The notes beneath the pieces were generated by a model. The model was not told where the DNA came from. It did no database searches and worked only from the letters and a program-made list of their open reading frames with translations. The translations under genes were made by a program, and so were the position numbers. 64,000 nt of DNA. It comes from Blastocatellia bacterium. Its GTDB lineage: Bacteria > Acidobacteriota > Blastocatellia > UBA7656. Below are positions 10,007 to 20,255 of this stretch, piece by piece (the stretch's first letter is position 1; the number at the start of each line of letters is the position of its first letter). The DNA is taken from the NCBI GenBank assembly GCA_035293105.1, contig DATDOV010000054.1:16977-80976 (forward strand), written 5' to 3'.

Positions 10007-12670
10007 ATGAAAAGGACACTGGTCTTGTTAGCCGCAATCGCGGGATCTTGCGCAGGGGTGGCAGGAATATCGTCCGTCCGGTCTGCAGCCTCTCCGACGC
10101 CGGCGATGACCTTCACCGTGATCAACACGAACGATCTCGGCGCCGGCTCCTTGCGCCAGGCCATAATCGACGCCAATACAGCGGTGGGCCCGGATATGAT
10201 CTCCTTCAGTATTCCCGGAGCACCGCCATACTCGATCATGCTGACGTCTCCGCTGCCGCCGATCCTCGAGGCGGTTGTAATCGACGGCACGACACAACCG
10301 GGGTTTGTCGGAAGCCCGCTAATCGAGGTTAACGGGAACGCGTTGGCCGCCAACGGATTCGATATCAACGCCGGACCGACTACGATAAGAGGTCTTGTGA
10401 TCAACCGCTTCGACGGCAACGGCATCTTCGTCAGAAATGGGAACGCCAACTCGATCGATCGCAACTTCATCGGAACCAATGTTGCGGGAACGGCGGCGCT
10501 GCCCAACAGCGGAAACGGTATCGTCATCGCTCCCACCGCTCCCAATACAACTGTTGGGGCAGTTGGCGCTGGCCCGAGCAACATCATCGCCTTTAACGGA
10601 GGCAATGGGATTGCAATCGAGGGTGGCGGCGCCGGCAACCTGATCCGGACCAACTCGATATTCTCGAACGGACTTCTTGGAATCGACCTCGGGTCCGACG
10701 GCGTGACGCCGAACGACGCAGGGGATGCTGACACGGGGGCTAACGGCCTTCAGAATTTCCCCGTCCTGACCGCGGCTGCGTCCGGAGGCGGAATGACCAC
10801 CATAGTCGGGTCGCTCAACAGCACGCCGAGCACGACGTTCACCCTCGAGTTTTTCGCCTCAGTCGCCTGTGACCCAAGCGGCTTTGGAGAGGGGGCAACG
10901 CCGCTGGGTACGGATACCGTGACGACCAATGGCGCCGGCGATGCTCCGTTCAACGTTACGCTCGCGGTCGGGGTGCCCGCAGGCCAGGTTGTGACGGCTA
11001 CGGCGACCGACCCCGCCGGCAACACTTCAGAAGACTCGGCGTGCATCGTCCTTTCGTTGTGCACGATCACCTGTCCGCCGAACATGACGGTCGGGACACC
11101 GCCTGGCACATCTTTTGGTTGCGGCGTACTCGTCACCTACCCGGCGCCGACAACAACTGACTGCGGCACTGTCATGTGTATGCCTAGCTCCGGGTCATTC
11201 TTTCTACTCGGCAGTACGCCCGTCACGTGCACTACGAGTTCCGGGCCAAGTTGCTCGTTCCTCGTCACAGTAGTCGACAGGACTCCGCCCGCATTGACTT
11301 GCCCCGAGGACATAACTGCGACGTTGCCGCCGGGTGCGGCTACGTTGGCGGTGGACTACGCGGTTCCTGTCGCGAGCGACAGTTGCGGAGGCATCTTACC
11401 CACCACTTGCGTGCCTCCGCCGGGGTTCAGCTTCAGGGTTGGGGTCACACCGGTCGTTTGCGTGGCCACGGACTCCGCCGGCAACTTCAGCCTGTGCACT
11501 TTCAATGTGACGGTGAGGGACATCGAGCCTCCGATGATCATTTGTCCCTCGAACATCAGTATCCAGCTTGAGCGAGGGCAATGCTCGACCGTGGTCAGCT
11601 ATTCGGCGCCGGCCGTAACCGACAACGTTCCGGGCGTCACCTTCGTCTGCTCGCCCCCATCGGGTTCAAGTTTCATCAGTGGGGTGACCCCGGTCACGTG
11701 TGTGGCAACTGATACGAGCGGAAATAGAGCATCGTGCGCTTTCACCGTAACCGTCGTCGGGTTCGGCCAAGCGGAACTGACGCCGGGAGGCGCGCAGCCG
11801 ATGCTGGATTTCGGGCCAATCAGCGCCAAGAACAAACCGCGAAAGCGTCCTCCGTCGCAGAAAATCAGAGTGGCAAGCACGGGGTGCGCCGGTTCCCAGC
11901 TAACACTGATCTTCCAAACGCTGCAGAGAACGGGGGCCGACGTTGATAGCGGAGTGATTCGAGACCCAGACGACCGCGAACTGTACGCCGTCACGGAGAT
12001 CAACGCCGACGGGTCGGAAACGCCCGTCTCCGTCGGATCTTCCACGGAACGCTTCATCATCCCTGCGGGACAGGAGCGCTCGTTTCGGATTCTCTACAAT
12101 CCCGTCACGCCTGATCTCGCCAACAAGCTAAATGAGCTGAAAGCGAAGCAGGTTAAACCGGCCATCATCAAGTCAAGGCTCATGATGCCCATCGGCGCGG
12201 GCGCGCCCCTGACCTTGGACCTCACGGGCCGCCTCACGACCGCGCTCCGCCTGATCAACGCGACCAACGTGCGAAAACAGAAGCGGGCGGACTTCGTGCA
12301 ATCAGGCGACGAGTTCACGATCACGTTTGCGGTTTTCGATCCGAATGGCGACACGGACCACGTGACAGTTGAACTGCAAAACGACAGGGGTGAGCTTGTC
12401 GAGGACCTGATCAGCCTGGACCTTGTCCAGCCGATAAAAGATAGTAAGATACTGGTCGGCCAGAGCTATCTTGCGATTCTAAAACTCGAGGGCGCGCTCA
12501 GCAATCCGGCAATAAAGAAGGTGCGAATCACTGTCTTCGATAAAGAATCAAAGGATGAGGTCACGGCCGGCCTGGTCGTCCGGTCAACGGCTGTGGTCGC
12601 GCAGGCATCTCGAAACGACGCGGCGACCGTTATGCTGCCGAGGTTGTCGATAAGACGAGCCCGACAGTAG
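10007..12670 (+). CDS. Secreted parallel-beta-helix protein with CSLREA-type N-terminus and 6-7 HYR (hyalin-repeat) domains
   Basis: Signal peptide MKRTLVLLAAIAGSCAG from the internal ATG at 10007. Motif GAGSLRQAIIDAN. Gly/Asn-rich beta-helix coils (NGIFVRNGNANSIDRNFIG...). Repeated ~80-aa units with the pattern C..SGS.F..G.T.V.C.A.D..GN...C.F.V.V.D...P...CP. Confidence 0.85.
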   Translation: MKRTLVLLAAIAGSCAGVAGISSVRSAASPTPAMTFTVINTNDLGAGSLRQAIIDANTAVGPDMISFSIPGAPPYSIMLTSPLPPILEAVVIDGTTQPGFVGSPLIEVNGNALAANGFDINAGPTTIRGLVINRFDGNGIFVRNGNANSIDRNFIGTNVAGTAALPNSGNGIVIAPTAPNTTVGAVGAGPSNIIAFNGGNGIAIEGGGAGNLIRTNSIFSNGLLGIDLGSDGVTPNDAGDADTGANGLQNFPVLTAAASGGGMTTIVGSLNSTPSTTFTLEFFASVACDPSGFGEGATPLGTDTVTTNGAGDAPFNVTLAVGVPAGQVVTATATDPAGNTSEDSACIVLSLCTITCPPNMTVGTPPGTSFGCGVLVTYPAPTTTDCGTVMCMPSSGSFFLLGSTPVTCTTSSGPSCSFLVTVVDRTPPALTCPEDITATLPPGAATLAVDYAVPVASDSCGGILPTTCVPPPGFSFRVGVTPVVCVATDSAGNFSLCTFNVTVRDIEPPMIICPSNISIQLERGQCSTVVSYSAPAVTDNVPGVTFVCSPPSGSSFISGVTPVTCVATDTSGNRASCAFTVTVVGFGQAELTPGGAQPMLDFGPISAKNKPRKRPPSQKIRVASTGCAGSQLTLIFQTLQRTGADVDSGVIRDPDDRELYAVTEINADGSETPVSVGSSTERFIIPAGQERSFRILYNPVTPDLANKLNELKAKQVKPAIIKSRLMMPIGAGAPLTLDLTGRLTTALRLINATNVRKQKRADFVQSGDEFTITFAVFDPNGDTDHVTVELQNDRGELVEDLISLDLVQPIKDSKILVGQSYLAILKLEGALSNPAIKKVRITVFDKESKDEVTAGLVVRSTAVVAQASRNDAATVMLPRLSIRRARQ

Positions 12671-12708
12671 ACCGGCCTGACGCGTGCGAAGATCCACTGA
12701 AGGTCCGA

Positions 12709-13455
12709 GTGAAGCTCAAGAATAGAGTCGCGGTCATAACGGGCGCGGGTTCGGGCATCGGTCGCGCGATCGCGTTGCGCTTTGCGGCTGAAGGCGCGCG
12801 GGTCGCAATCGCGGAATTGAATCAACAAACCGGAGGCGAGACCGCGAGAATGATCACGGCTCAAGGCGGCGAGGCGTTCGCGGTTGTCACCGACGTGAGC
12901 GACGCGGCGGCAGTGGCGAAAATGTTCAAGGCGGTAGACGACCGGGGCTGGGAGGTGGATGTCCTGATCAACAACGCCGGGAACGCCGGTCCGCATCTAA
13001 CCCCCGTGCATGAGATCAGTGACACGCAATGGGACTGGATTGTGGGTGTCCACCTCAACGGCACGTTCTACTGCACGCGCGAGGCCATGAAACGAATGAT
13101 GGTGCGCAAATCAGGTGCGGTGATAAACATAGCGTCGGTGGCGGGACTGCAAGGAATGGAGGGCGCCGCCGACTATGCTGCCGCCAAGGGCGGCATCATC
13201 GCCTTCACTAAAGCGGTCGCTCGAGAGGCAGCCCCATTCGGCATTCGCGTCAACTGCATAGCCCCAGGTTTTGTCGAGACTCCGATCCTAAACAACCTGC
13301 CGCCAAACATTCGCGAAGCGGGCGCGCGGATGACCCCGCTGGGCAGGATCGGCCAACCCGATGAAATCGCTTCGGTCGCGTTGTTCCTCGCAAGCGACGA
13401 GGCGAGTTTTGTAGCCGGACAGGTGGTCAGCCCGAACGGCGGGTTGTACACTTAA
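12709..13455 (+). CDS. Short-chain dehydrogenase/reductase (FabG-like)
   Basis: TGAGSGIG Rossmann motif, NNAG, and the catalytic YAAAK tetrad; 248 aa. Confidence 0.9.
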   Translation: MKLKNRVAVITGAGSGIGRAIALRFAAEGARVAIAELNQQTGGETARMITAQGGEAFAVVTDVSDAAAVAKMFKAVDDRGWEVDVLINNAGNAGPHLTPVHEISDTQWDWIVGVHLNGTFYCTREAMKRMMVRKSGAVINIASVAGLQGMEGAADYAAAKGGIIAFTKAVAREAAPFGIRVNCIAPGFVETPILNNLPPNIREAGARMTPLGRIGQPDEIASVALFLASDEASFVAGQVVSPNGGLYT

Positions 13456-13516
13456 GCCTGCTTAAGACATCCCCGCAGAATTTCGTGCAGGAAGAAAAAT
13501 GGAGGAGATTGGCCTA

Positions 13517-14527
13517 ATGACTAAGATCAGATATTCCGCAACCGGGTTGATGTTGATACTCACTTTGACTTTTGGTGTGACGCTGAAGTCTGTCGACGCA
13601 GCGGGCGACAATCCGATCGAGGCGCGGTTAACGCGAGCCGGAGCAGGTTCGTCGGTCGGCCCCATCGGGCGGCTTGTGACTACTCGCTCGGCGATGGTAA
13701 ACGGGCGCGCCGTACAAGGCGAAGAGTTACTCTGGGGCGGCGAACTGCTGCAGGCCCCTGTCACTGGGAATGTTTTTGTGTCGCTCGATTCGATAGGACA
13801 GGTCACTCTTGGCAGCGGGGCGGTCGCGCGGTTTAACGCGTCGCGATCGGCGCAGGACGACGCCGCGCGACGGCTGCTCGTTGGTTCGCTGAGCAGCGGC
13901 GAGATCGACGTCAGGCTGAATAACGAAGCCGGAGCTTACATCGAGGCGGCCGGGTCCGGCTTCACTGCAACACCGGGATCGAGTTTCTCGCTGGCGGTCC
14001 GGGACGGCCGGGCGGCGGTCGTGAGCAGGATCGGCGAGGTCACCGAGCAAACGCAGCCGCAGCGGCGCTATATCCTGAGGCCGGTCGGTTTCGGCTCGAC
14101 CATCAGCGTGCGCGCGCGAACAACGCGACAGATTCAAATCCAGGTCACCGATGAGAACGACAAGCCGGTGCCCGACGTGCCGATCATCTTCGCGCTCGCG
14201 GGCGCGGGCGGAAAGTTCGGCGGGGCGCTGGGGTCCGGCGCTTCGGCGGGATCGAGCGCCACGGCGACGACCAATGCGCTCGGGCGGGCGACGATGCAGT
14301 TCACCGCCGGCGACTCGGCGGGCGCGGACTCGATGACCGCAACCGTCAAGGACACGAACTACTCGCTTCGCGTGAACATCAGTGTCACTCCGGCCACATT
14401 TTGGTCGGCGCGGAACACACTGTTGACGATCGGGATCGCGGCCGCGGCGGGCGTGGCAATCGGAATCGTCGTCACGAGGGATGAAGAACAAGTGCGCCCA
14501 AAGCCTCCGATCGATGTGAAGCCCTAG
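13517..14527 (+). CDS. Secreted, C-terminally membrane-anchored protein with an Ig-like (Big) domain
   Basis: GGAGGA RBS then ATG at 13517. Signal peptide MTKIRYSATGLMLILTLTFG. Big-like segment QIQVTDENDKPVPDVPIIF...ATVKDTNYSL. C-terminal TM LLTIGIAAAAGVAIGIVV. Confidence 0.65.
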   Translation: MTKIRYSATGLMLILTLTFGVTLKSVDAAGDNPIEARLTRAGAGSSVGPIGRLVTTRSAMVNGRAVQGEELLWGGELLQAPVTGNVFVSLDSIGQVTLGSGAVARFNASRSAQDDAARRLLVGSLSSGEIDVRLNNEAGAYIEAAGSGFTATPGSSFSLAVRDGRAAVVSRIGEVTEQTQPQRRYILRPVGFGSTISVRARTTRQIQIQVTDENDKPVPDVPIIFALAGAGGKFGGALGSGASAGSSATATTNALGRATMQFTAGDSAGADSMTATVKDTNYSLRVNISVTPATFWSARNTLLTIGIAAAAGVAIGIVVTRDEEQVRPKPPIDVKP

Positions 14528-14531
14528 TGAG

Positions 14532-14707
14532 CCTGTCGGGAGAATGCTGCGGGCGTCAGCCCGTAGTAGATTGCGATCGATCTAACGGGCGCGATACTAA
14601 CCTACTCAATGCTCTCGGGCGTAAGCCCAGAGCAGCTTGCTACCAACCTAAAGTCAGGCTCGTAGCAAGGAACTACGGGCTGACGCCCGCAGCATTTTTC
14701 CGACAGG
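14532..14707. repeat. 176-bp element bounded by 36-bp imperfect terminal inverted repeats (MITE-like or large hairpin)
   Basis: 14532-14567 CCTGTCGGGAGAATGCTGCGGGCGTCAGCCCGTAGT is the reverse complement of 14672-14707, with one 2-nt discrepancy. The 104-bp core carries nested palindromes (TAGATTGCGATCGATCTA). Confidence 0.6.
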
Positions 14708-14850
14708 CTCCTAGTCACGCGATGTTGTTTGACGAAACGCAGCGTGTCATTGATTATCGCGTCGCGGTTGAAGCGTGATCTTGACGCGGACTGTGTGAAG
14801 AATGGCGACTCCCGGCCGGCAGGTCGGGACGTGGCCGGCAGGAATTAGCT

Positions 14851-17247
14851 ATGAGAAAGATAGCGGGTGTAGCAGCGATGGTCTCCCTCTCTCTCGTGTC
14901 CTTTTCCCCGACTAAGGCTCAGGACCAGCGAGAACGAGGGCTCACAATTAAAGTTGGCGCGACCCGGAGCGACATCAGCGCGGGTCATGCCAATGAGATT
15001 CAACTCTGGGCCGTCCTGATCGGCGTCTCCAGGTATCAGTACGGCGATCAGGACCTCGACGGGTACAACATCAAGAACCTCAAGAATGCCGCCGACGATG
15101 CCCAGGCGATCTACGACTTCCTCAAGAGTCCCGAGGGCGGCGGATTCCGCGACGAGAGCGAAGGCGGTCACATGGTCCTCCTGAAGGACGAGCAGGCTAC
15201 GAAGGCTAGTGTCGAAAAGGCGCTCGACGGGTTGAAGCGAGCCAAGCCCAGCGATTACTTCATCGTCTACATCGCCGCGCACGGCACGATCATGCCCTTC
15301 TACGACGCGATCTCGAGAACGACCACTGAAATCCCATACTTTGTCCTCTACGACACCGACCTTCGCAAGCCCGATAAGACCGCGATCCGAATGGACGATT
15401 ACCAGCAGGCGATCTCCGAGATACCCGCGAAGAAAGGGCTCGTGTTGTCCGACACCTGCCACAGCGGAGGCGTCCAGTTGGCGGGTCGCGATTCGGCGGA
15501 TTCAACGAGACGCGCGAACATCAGGTACCTGCAAGAGGTCAACGAAATCAGCAGCGGCGTCGGTTTCATCTCGGCGGCCGATCAACTAGAGCAGTCATTC
15601 GAGCGGGACGACTTCCGGCACGGCGTGTTCACCAACTGCCTGCTCGACGGCCTGGCCGGCAGCGCCGACTCCAACACCGACGGCAAGGTGACGTTCAACG
15701 AGATCTCGGCCTACCTGCGCGATGAAGTGCCGAAGCTCACCGAGAACAAACAGCACCCGAAATCCAATACGACCGCCATCGACGCGAACTTCCTCCCGCT
15801 ATCGGTCGTCACCTACTCCGACGTGAGCGCGCTGGGCAACCCGGATCAGTACGGGCTGCTTCAGATTCGCACGCCGGATATCGACGGCGTCGAAGTCGCG
15901 ATCGACGGCCAACCGTTGAAGCCCACGTTCAAAGCCGGCAACCAGCGAGCGGTCATGGCGCGGACGGGCACTCGCAGCATCACCTTCGTCAAGGGAGAAA
16001 TGAGGCGCGAGCTGAAGGCCCGAGTCGATCCGGGCAAGCCTAAGGTCGTCGAAGTCAACCTGTCTTTCAGCGAGAGCGACTCGCCCGACGACGCGCTGGT
16101 CGATCCGACCGATCAACAGGTCGCCGTCTACCTGCGAGAGGAGAAAGAGCCGTCGAAGCAGGCGAAAGACCTGTTCACCAAGGGAGTCGACAGCTTCAAC
16201 AAGCAGAAGTATGAGGACGCGCTCGACCTGTTGAACCGCGCGGTGCAAGCCAACGCCGGCGCGTATGCGGACGCTCTGGTGTTCCGAGGCCGGGCTGAGC
16301 AGTCGCTTGGCCGCAAGCGCGATGCTGTTGTCAGCTTCAAACAGGCGCTGGCGCTCAGGCCCACGGACTTCGAAACTCAGACGCTGCTTGCCGAAGCGAA
16401 GTTCAACGCCGGCGACAACGTCGATGAAGTAGTCTCCGAACTTCGAAGCGTGATCAGGCGGCATCCGAATTTCGACTTTGCCCATGTTGTTTACGGGGAT
16501 GTGCTGTTGTCGCGGAAGGACTATGCGCGGGCTGAGCTGGAGTTGAGACGGGCGGTCACGATCAACCCGAAGTCCCCGCCGGCCCACCTGATACTGGCTG
16601 ACGTGCTGACTTATCAGGACTCGAAGGAGAAACGCAAGAGAGCCGCCGAGGAGGCCGAAAAGGCGATACAACTGTTCGAGGAGGTCTCGAAGAAGCAGGT
16701 GTCCGCGGCGCGCGGGCTCAGGCGTCTCTCGATCAGCCACGTGATATTCGGCGGGGGGCGATACATCAACGACGCCGCGATGGCTGAGGCTCACTGGATC
16801 GCGGCGAAGGCGCTCACGCGGCTGGTCGGTTACGACTTCGACAACTCGATCCCGGATCCCGACACTTATCTGGACCGCGCCCGGACTCATATTCAGGAAG
16901 CGATGAAGACGGCACAGCGGTTGACGAGCAAAGAGCGGCTGGCGCTCGTGCTTGAGACAAGCGCGCTCAATCACTTCCTGAAAGGCAACATCGCGCAGGC
17001 GGTTCAAGACGGAGAGCAGTCCCTGAAGGTCCGCGAAGCGATCCCGCAACTGAGAAACGATCCCGATATCTACTCGACGTTGTCGCAGATCTATGAAGCC
17101 GATCAGAAGTTCGTGAAGGCGGCCGAACACCAGAAGAAGTTCATCGACGCGGCCGGCTCACAGCTCAGCGCGCGCGACCGCCAGAGCGCCGAAGAGAGAC
17201 TGGCGCAACTCAAGAGGCAGGCGGCGGCCAACCGCCAAAAGAACTAG
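14851..17247 (+). CDS. Caspase-family (peptidase C14) protein with C-terminal TPR repeats; secreted or periplasmic
   Basis: Signal peptide. Caspase His context YFIVYIAAHGT and Cys context LVLSDTCHSGG. The C-terminal ~400 aa has TPR-like helical repeats (AYADALVFRGRAEQSLGRKRDAVVSFKQALALRP...). Confidence 0.8.
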   Translation: MRKIAGVAAMVSLSLVSFSPTKAQDQRERGLTIKVGATRSDISAGHANEIQLWAVLIGVSRYQYGDQDLDGYNIKNLKNAADDAQAIYDFLKSPEGGGFRDESEGGHMVLLKDEQATKASVEKALDGLKRAKPSDYFIVYIAAHGTIMPFYDAISRTTTEIPYFVLYDTDLRKPDKTAIRMDDYQQAISEIPAKKGLVLSDTCHSGGVQLAGRDSADSTRRANIRYLQEVNEISSGVGFISAADQLEQSFERDDFRHGVFTNCLLDGLAGSADSNTDGKVTFNEISAYLRDEVPKLTENKQHPKSNTTAIDANFLPLSVVTYSDVSALGNPDQYGLLQIRTPDIDGVEVAIDGQPLKPTFKAGNQRAVMARTGTRSITFVKGEMRRELKARVDPGKPKVVEVNLSFSESDSPDDALVDPTDQQVAVYLREEKEPSKQAKDLFTKGVDSFNKQKYEDALDLLNRAVQANAGAYADALVFRGRAEQSLGRKRDAVVSFKQALALRPTDFETQTLLAEAKFNAGDNVDEVVSELRSVIRRHPNFDFAHVVYGDVLLSRKDYARAELELRRAVTINPKSPPAHLILADVLTYQDSKEKRKRAAEEAEKAIQLFEEVSKKQVSAARGLRRLSISHVIFGGGRYINDAAMAEAHWIAAKALTRLVGYDFDNSIPDPDTYLDRARTHIQEAMKTAQRLTSKERLALVLETSALNHFLKGNIAQAVQDGEQSLKVREAIPQLRNDPDIYSTLSQIYEADQKFVKAAEHQKKFIDAAGSQLSARDRQSAEERLAQLKRQAAANRQKN

Positions 17248-17462
17248 ATACGCATGAACGCACTACCAACTGCGTTGGTGGGATTGTCGCCACCCTCCGG
17301 GTGAAGCCCGTTATTGCTTTTTCGGCAGCCTGCTGGAGGGCTGATCCCGGCGTTTCGGCGCTCGTTCTCGGGGGCTTGGCGGTTCAAAAGTTTCTTGATA
17401 GATTCTTCCTGCGTCGAATCGAGCATTCGACGAACAATCACCAACCCATAATCGGGAGAGAC

Positions 17463-17828
17463 ATGGCTGAAGCTCTGGAACTAATCGAAACGTTCGTAAA
17501 GATGGAGCCGATGTCCCACGGCCGGCCCGACCTCAGGAAAAAGAAACCGAAAATCATCGCCGTCATTCTAGACAACTGCACCGGATGCGCCGGCTCACCC
17601 GCTTGTGTCGAGTACTGTCCGGTCGAGGCGTGCATGTTCTGGGTCCCGGACGAGAACTACTTTCCCAATGGTCGCATCGAGGTCGATCCGAATCTCTGCA
17701 TCGGTTGCAAGCTCTGCACGAGCAAGGGCCCGGATGGGACGTTCCTCGAAGGCTGCCCCTGGGACGCGATCGAGATGATGGACGTCGGAGAGTGGGAGTC
17801 GAGAACGGGCGTCCAGCTTAACCCGTGA
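17463..17828 (+). CDS. 2x[4Fe-4S] ferredoxin-domain protein
   Basis: CTGCAGSPACVEYCP and CIGCKLC...GCPWDA cysteine clusters. GGGAGAG RBS before the ATG at 17463. Confidence 0.75.
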   Translation: MAEALELIETFVKMEPMSHGRPDLRKKKPKIIAVILDNCTGCAGSPACVEYCPVEACMFWVPDENYFPNGRIEVDPNLCIGCKLCTSKGPDGTFLEGCPWDAIEMMDVGEWESRTGVQLNP

Positions 17829-17848
17829 CGCCGTGGCGCGGACGGATC

Positions 17849-18727
17849 CTACCTGCCCGCTTGCCTGGTTCGAATCGCTTCTATGGTTGACACGGCTTGC
17901 TGCCGGACGCGGTCGGGCACACCTGGGATCGGCCGAGTGTAGCGATCGATCAAGCTGATTTCCTCCGGTTGACCGACGATGAATAGCGCCCTCAGCGCCT
18001 CCCAGAGCTGCTCAACATCAGGCGCGAGCACCATGACCTCCTGTCCCGACTCAACTCGCGCGCCATCGGACACAACAAGCGCCTCAATGCGCGCAGCTTC
18101 CGGCGCGCGCAGTTCGACGGTCCGGCCCGCGTCGTCCTTGATGCGAACGAGCGGAGCTCCTTCGGCGACGGCGGCGCCCTCTTCTTTGACGATGAACTCG
18201 ACAGTGCCCGGCGATTCGGCGCGCAACCGCCGTGACTCGAGCATCGCCAGCAGCTCCGGCCGGGCCCGCGCGTCATTGAATCGCACGAGCGACAGCGCTG
18301 CGTTGTGCCTCACACCGGGATGACTGTCACCGAGAAGACGGAGCAGGACTGGGTGAAACTCCTCGTGCCCATTATCATTGCCCATCGCCCAGGCTGCCGT
18401 CAGGCGGACCGCGGGCGCTTCGCGTCCCGCAGCTTCGATGATCGCCGGATACCAGCGCTTCACCGATTGATCGCCATTCGACATTCCGGCCGCAATCTGT
18501 GAAAGGGCATGCTGGACGTCGCGAGGCCTCGCCCCGGCCCTGAAGTACTCATCCAGCTTTTCGTCGGAGAGTGCACGGCCAAACCATGTGCCGTACCACG
18601 ACAGGAATGGGACGATCACAAACAGCCCGACGAGAATCAGCATCGCCCATGGGAACTTGCGCCGGGGAGGCGGTTGCGCCTCGGGTGGTCGCGAGGATTG
18701 CGCTGAGACGGTTTCCTGATCGTTCAC
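17849..18727 (-). CDS. Membrane-anchored HEAT/PBS-lyase-repeat protein with a biotinyl/lipoyl-like beta domain
   Basis: N-terminal TM WAMLILVGLFVIVPFLSW. HEAT-like repeats (VRLTAAWAMGND..., VRHNAALSLVRFND...). Hybrid-barrel-like segment GAPLVRIKDDAGRTVELRAPEAARIEALVVSDGARVESGQEVMVL. Confidence 0.6.
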   Translation of the reverse strand: MNDQETVSAQSSRPPEAQPPPRRKFPWAMLILVGLFVIVPFLSWYGTWFGRALSDEKLDEYFRAGARPRDVQHALSQIAAGMSNGDQSVKRWYPAIIEAAGREAPAVRLTAAWAMGNDNGHEEFHPVLLRLLGDSHPGVRHNAALSLVRFNDARARPELLAMLESRRLRAESPGTVEFIVKEEGAAVAEGAPLVRIKDDAGRTVELRAPEAARIEALVVSDGARVESGQEVMVLAPDVEQLWEALRALFIVGQPEEISLIDRYTRPIPGVPDRVRQQAVSTIEAIRTRQAGR

Positions 18728-18912
18728 GCTGATCTCTATCTCAAATCGTCGCTGGATCGCGACGACCGGCTGCCTAGATGAAGCGTGATTCTAGGGGGGC
18801 GCGCGTTCAGCGGTCAAGCAAGCACACCTCACCCCATGCCATGTGTTTGAACGCGCACGCTCGACTTTGTCGTAACTCGGCGAGTAGAATGTGCTCGCCT
18901 TTTTTCGCTCTC

Positions 18913-19743
18913 ATGCCTCAGGTGAATCGCGAAACTCGTGCGCCGATCAGCCTTCGGCCGGTTTGCCCCGACGATGAGCCGTTCCTCTACGCGCTGTACT
19001 CAAGCACTCGCATCGACGAGATATCGCCGTTTGGTTGGGACGAAACACAGCAGAGATCGTTCTTTGCATTGCAATTCAAAGCGCAACAGCAGCACTGGAG
19101 TACGCAGTTCCCCGACGCCGACCACCACATCATAGTAGTCGGCGACCGGCCGGCGGGAAGACTGCTGGTGAACAGAACTTCTGCGGAGATTCGGCTTGGC
19201 GATATCTCTCTTCTGCCGGATGATCGGAACCGCGGAATTGGCGCGTCATTGATTCGGCAACTGCAGGCCGAGGCGGCGAGAGACAACCTGCCGCTTACAC
19301 TTCACGTTGCGAAGTCCAATCGCGCGATCCGCCTCTACGAGCGGCTCGGGTTCGTGACCGTAGGGGACATCGGCAGTCACTTCAAAATGGAGTGGAGAGC
19401 CGATATGGATTCCGGTCGCGCTGGAGAAAAACTCATGCTCGAAAAGACTACGCAGCAGATGTTTCGTGACAACCTCGGCACCACGTTCCGTACTCAGAGT
19501 CCGTCTTCAGGGCCGGTCGAGATGGAGCTTATAAGCGTCGTCGACCACGGTTCGACGCCCAGGCAGGAACAGTTCTCCCTGATATTCCTCGCTCCTGAGG
19601 ACACGCCGATCCTGCAGAATCTCTTTGTGCTCGAACACGGAACGCTCGGAACGTTCGACTTGCTGCTGGTCCCCATCGGCAGGGACGCCACTGGCATCCA
19701 GTTTGAAGCAGTTATAAACCGCTTCCCAACAAACGCTGATTAG
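18913..19743 (+). CDS. GNAT N-acetyltransferase fused to a C-terminal uncharacterised ~110-aa domain (domain X)
   Basis: N-terminal 170 aa are paralogous to the next gene (ISLRPVCPDDEPFLYALYSST vs ISLRPACADDEAFLIEVYAST; GNAT motif RNRGIGASLIRQL). The C-terminus ...LFVLEHGTLGTFDLLLVPIGRDATGIQFEAVINRFP matches the two secreted paralogs downstream. The start was moved to the ATG at 18913 by alignment with the paralog. Confidence 0.75.
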   Translation: MPQVNRETRAPISLRPVCPDDEPFLYALYSSTRIDEISPFGWDETQQRSFFALQFKAQQQHWSTQFPDADHHIIVVGDRPAGRLLVNRTSAEIRLGDISLLPDDRNRGIGASLIRQLQAEAARDNLPLTLHVAKSNRAIRLYERLGFVTVGDIGSHFKMEWRADMDSGRAGEKLMLEKTTQQMFRDNLGTTFRTQSPSSGPVEMELISVVDHGSTPRQEQFSLIFLAPEDTPILQNLFVLEHGTLGTFDLLLVPIGRDATGIQFEAVINRFPTNAD

Positions 19744-19769
19744 CGGTCGAGAATGCAATCGAGGAGTGA

Positions 19770-20255
19770 ATGAGTCTGGCAACCGACCAAAACGGCATCT
19801 CCCTTCGTCCGGCTTGCGCGGATGACGAAGCATTCTTGATCGAGGTCTACGCCAGCACTCGCGCGGACGAGTTAGCCCTCACGGGATGGGACGAAGCGCA
19901 GTGCGCCGCATTTGTCACGATGCAGTTCGCCGCTCAGCAGCGTCACTATCGCGAGCACTACCCCAACCAGGAGCAGCAGGTGATTCTAGAACGCGGCGTA
20001 CCGATAGGGCGGCTCTGGGTTGGCCGGCTCGAAGACGAGATACGCATCCTGGACATCACGATTCTGCCCGCCTATCGAGGCAGGAACGCCGGGACCGAGA
20101 TTCTCCGCCGCCTGATGGCTGAGGCGGCCAGCGCCGGAAAACCGCTTCGTATCTACGTCGAGAGCTTCAACCCATCGCAACGCTTGTTCGAGCGGTTGGG
20201 ATTCGCGAAGTCGGGCCAAAGCGGCTACAGCGACCTGCTCGAGTGGCGGCCTTGA
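19770..20255 (+). CDS. GNAT family N-acetyltransferase
   Basis: 161 aa with acetyl-CoA-binding motif YRGRNAGTEILRRL. Paralog of the N-terminal half of the upstream gene. Confidence 0.8.
   Translation: MSLATDQNGISLRPACADDEAFLIEVYASTRADELALTGWDEAQCAAFVTMQFAAQQRHYREHYPNQEQQVILERGVPIGRLWVGRLEDEIRILDITILPAYRGRNAGTEILRRLMAEAASAGKPLRIYVESFNPSQRLFERLGFAKSGQSGYSDLLEWRP

Noticed and set aside
15799-17130. 443-aa reverse-strand ORF inside the caspase-TPR gene
   Set aside because: Arg/Leu/Asp-rich low-complexity translation typical of an antisense shadow in high-GC DNA. The sense strand has clear domain signatures.
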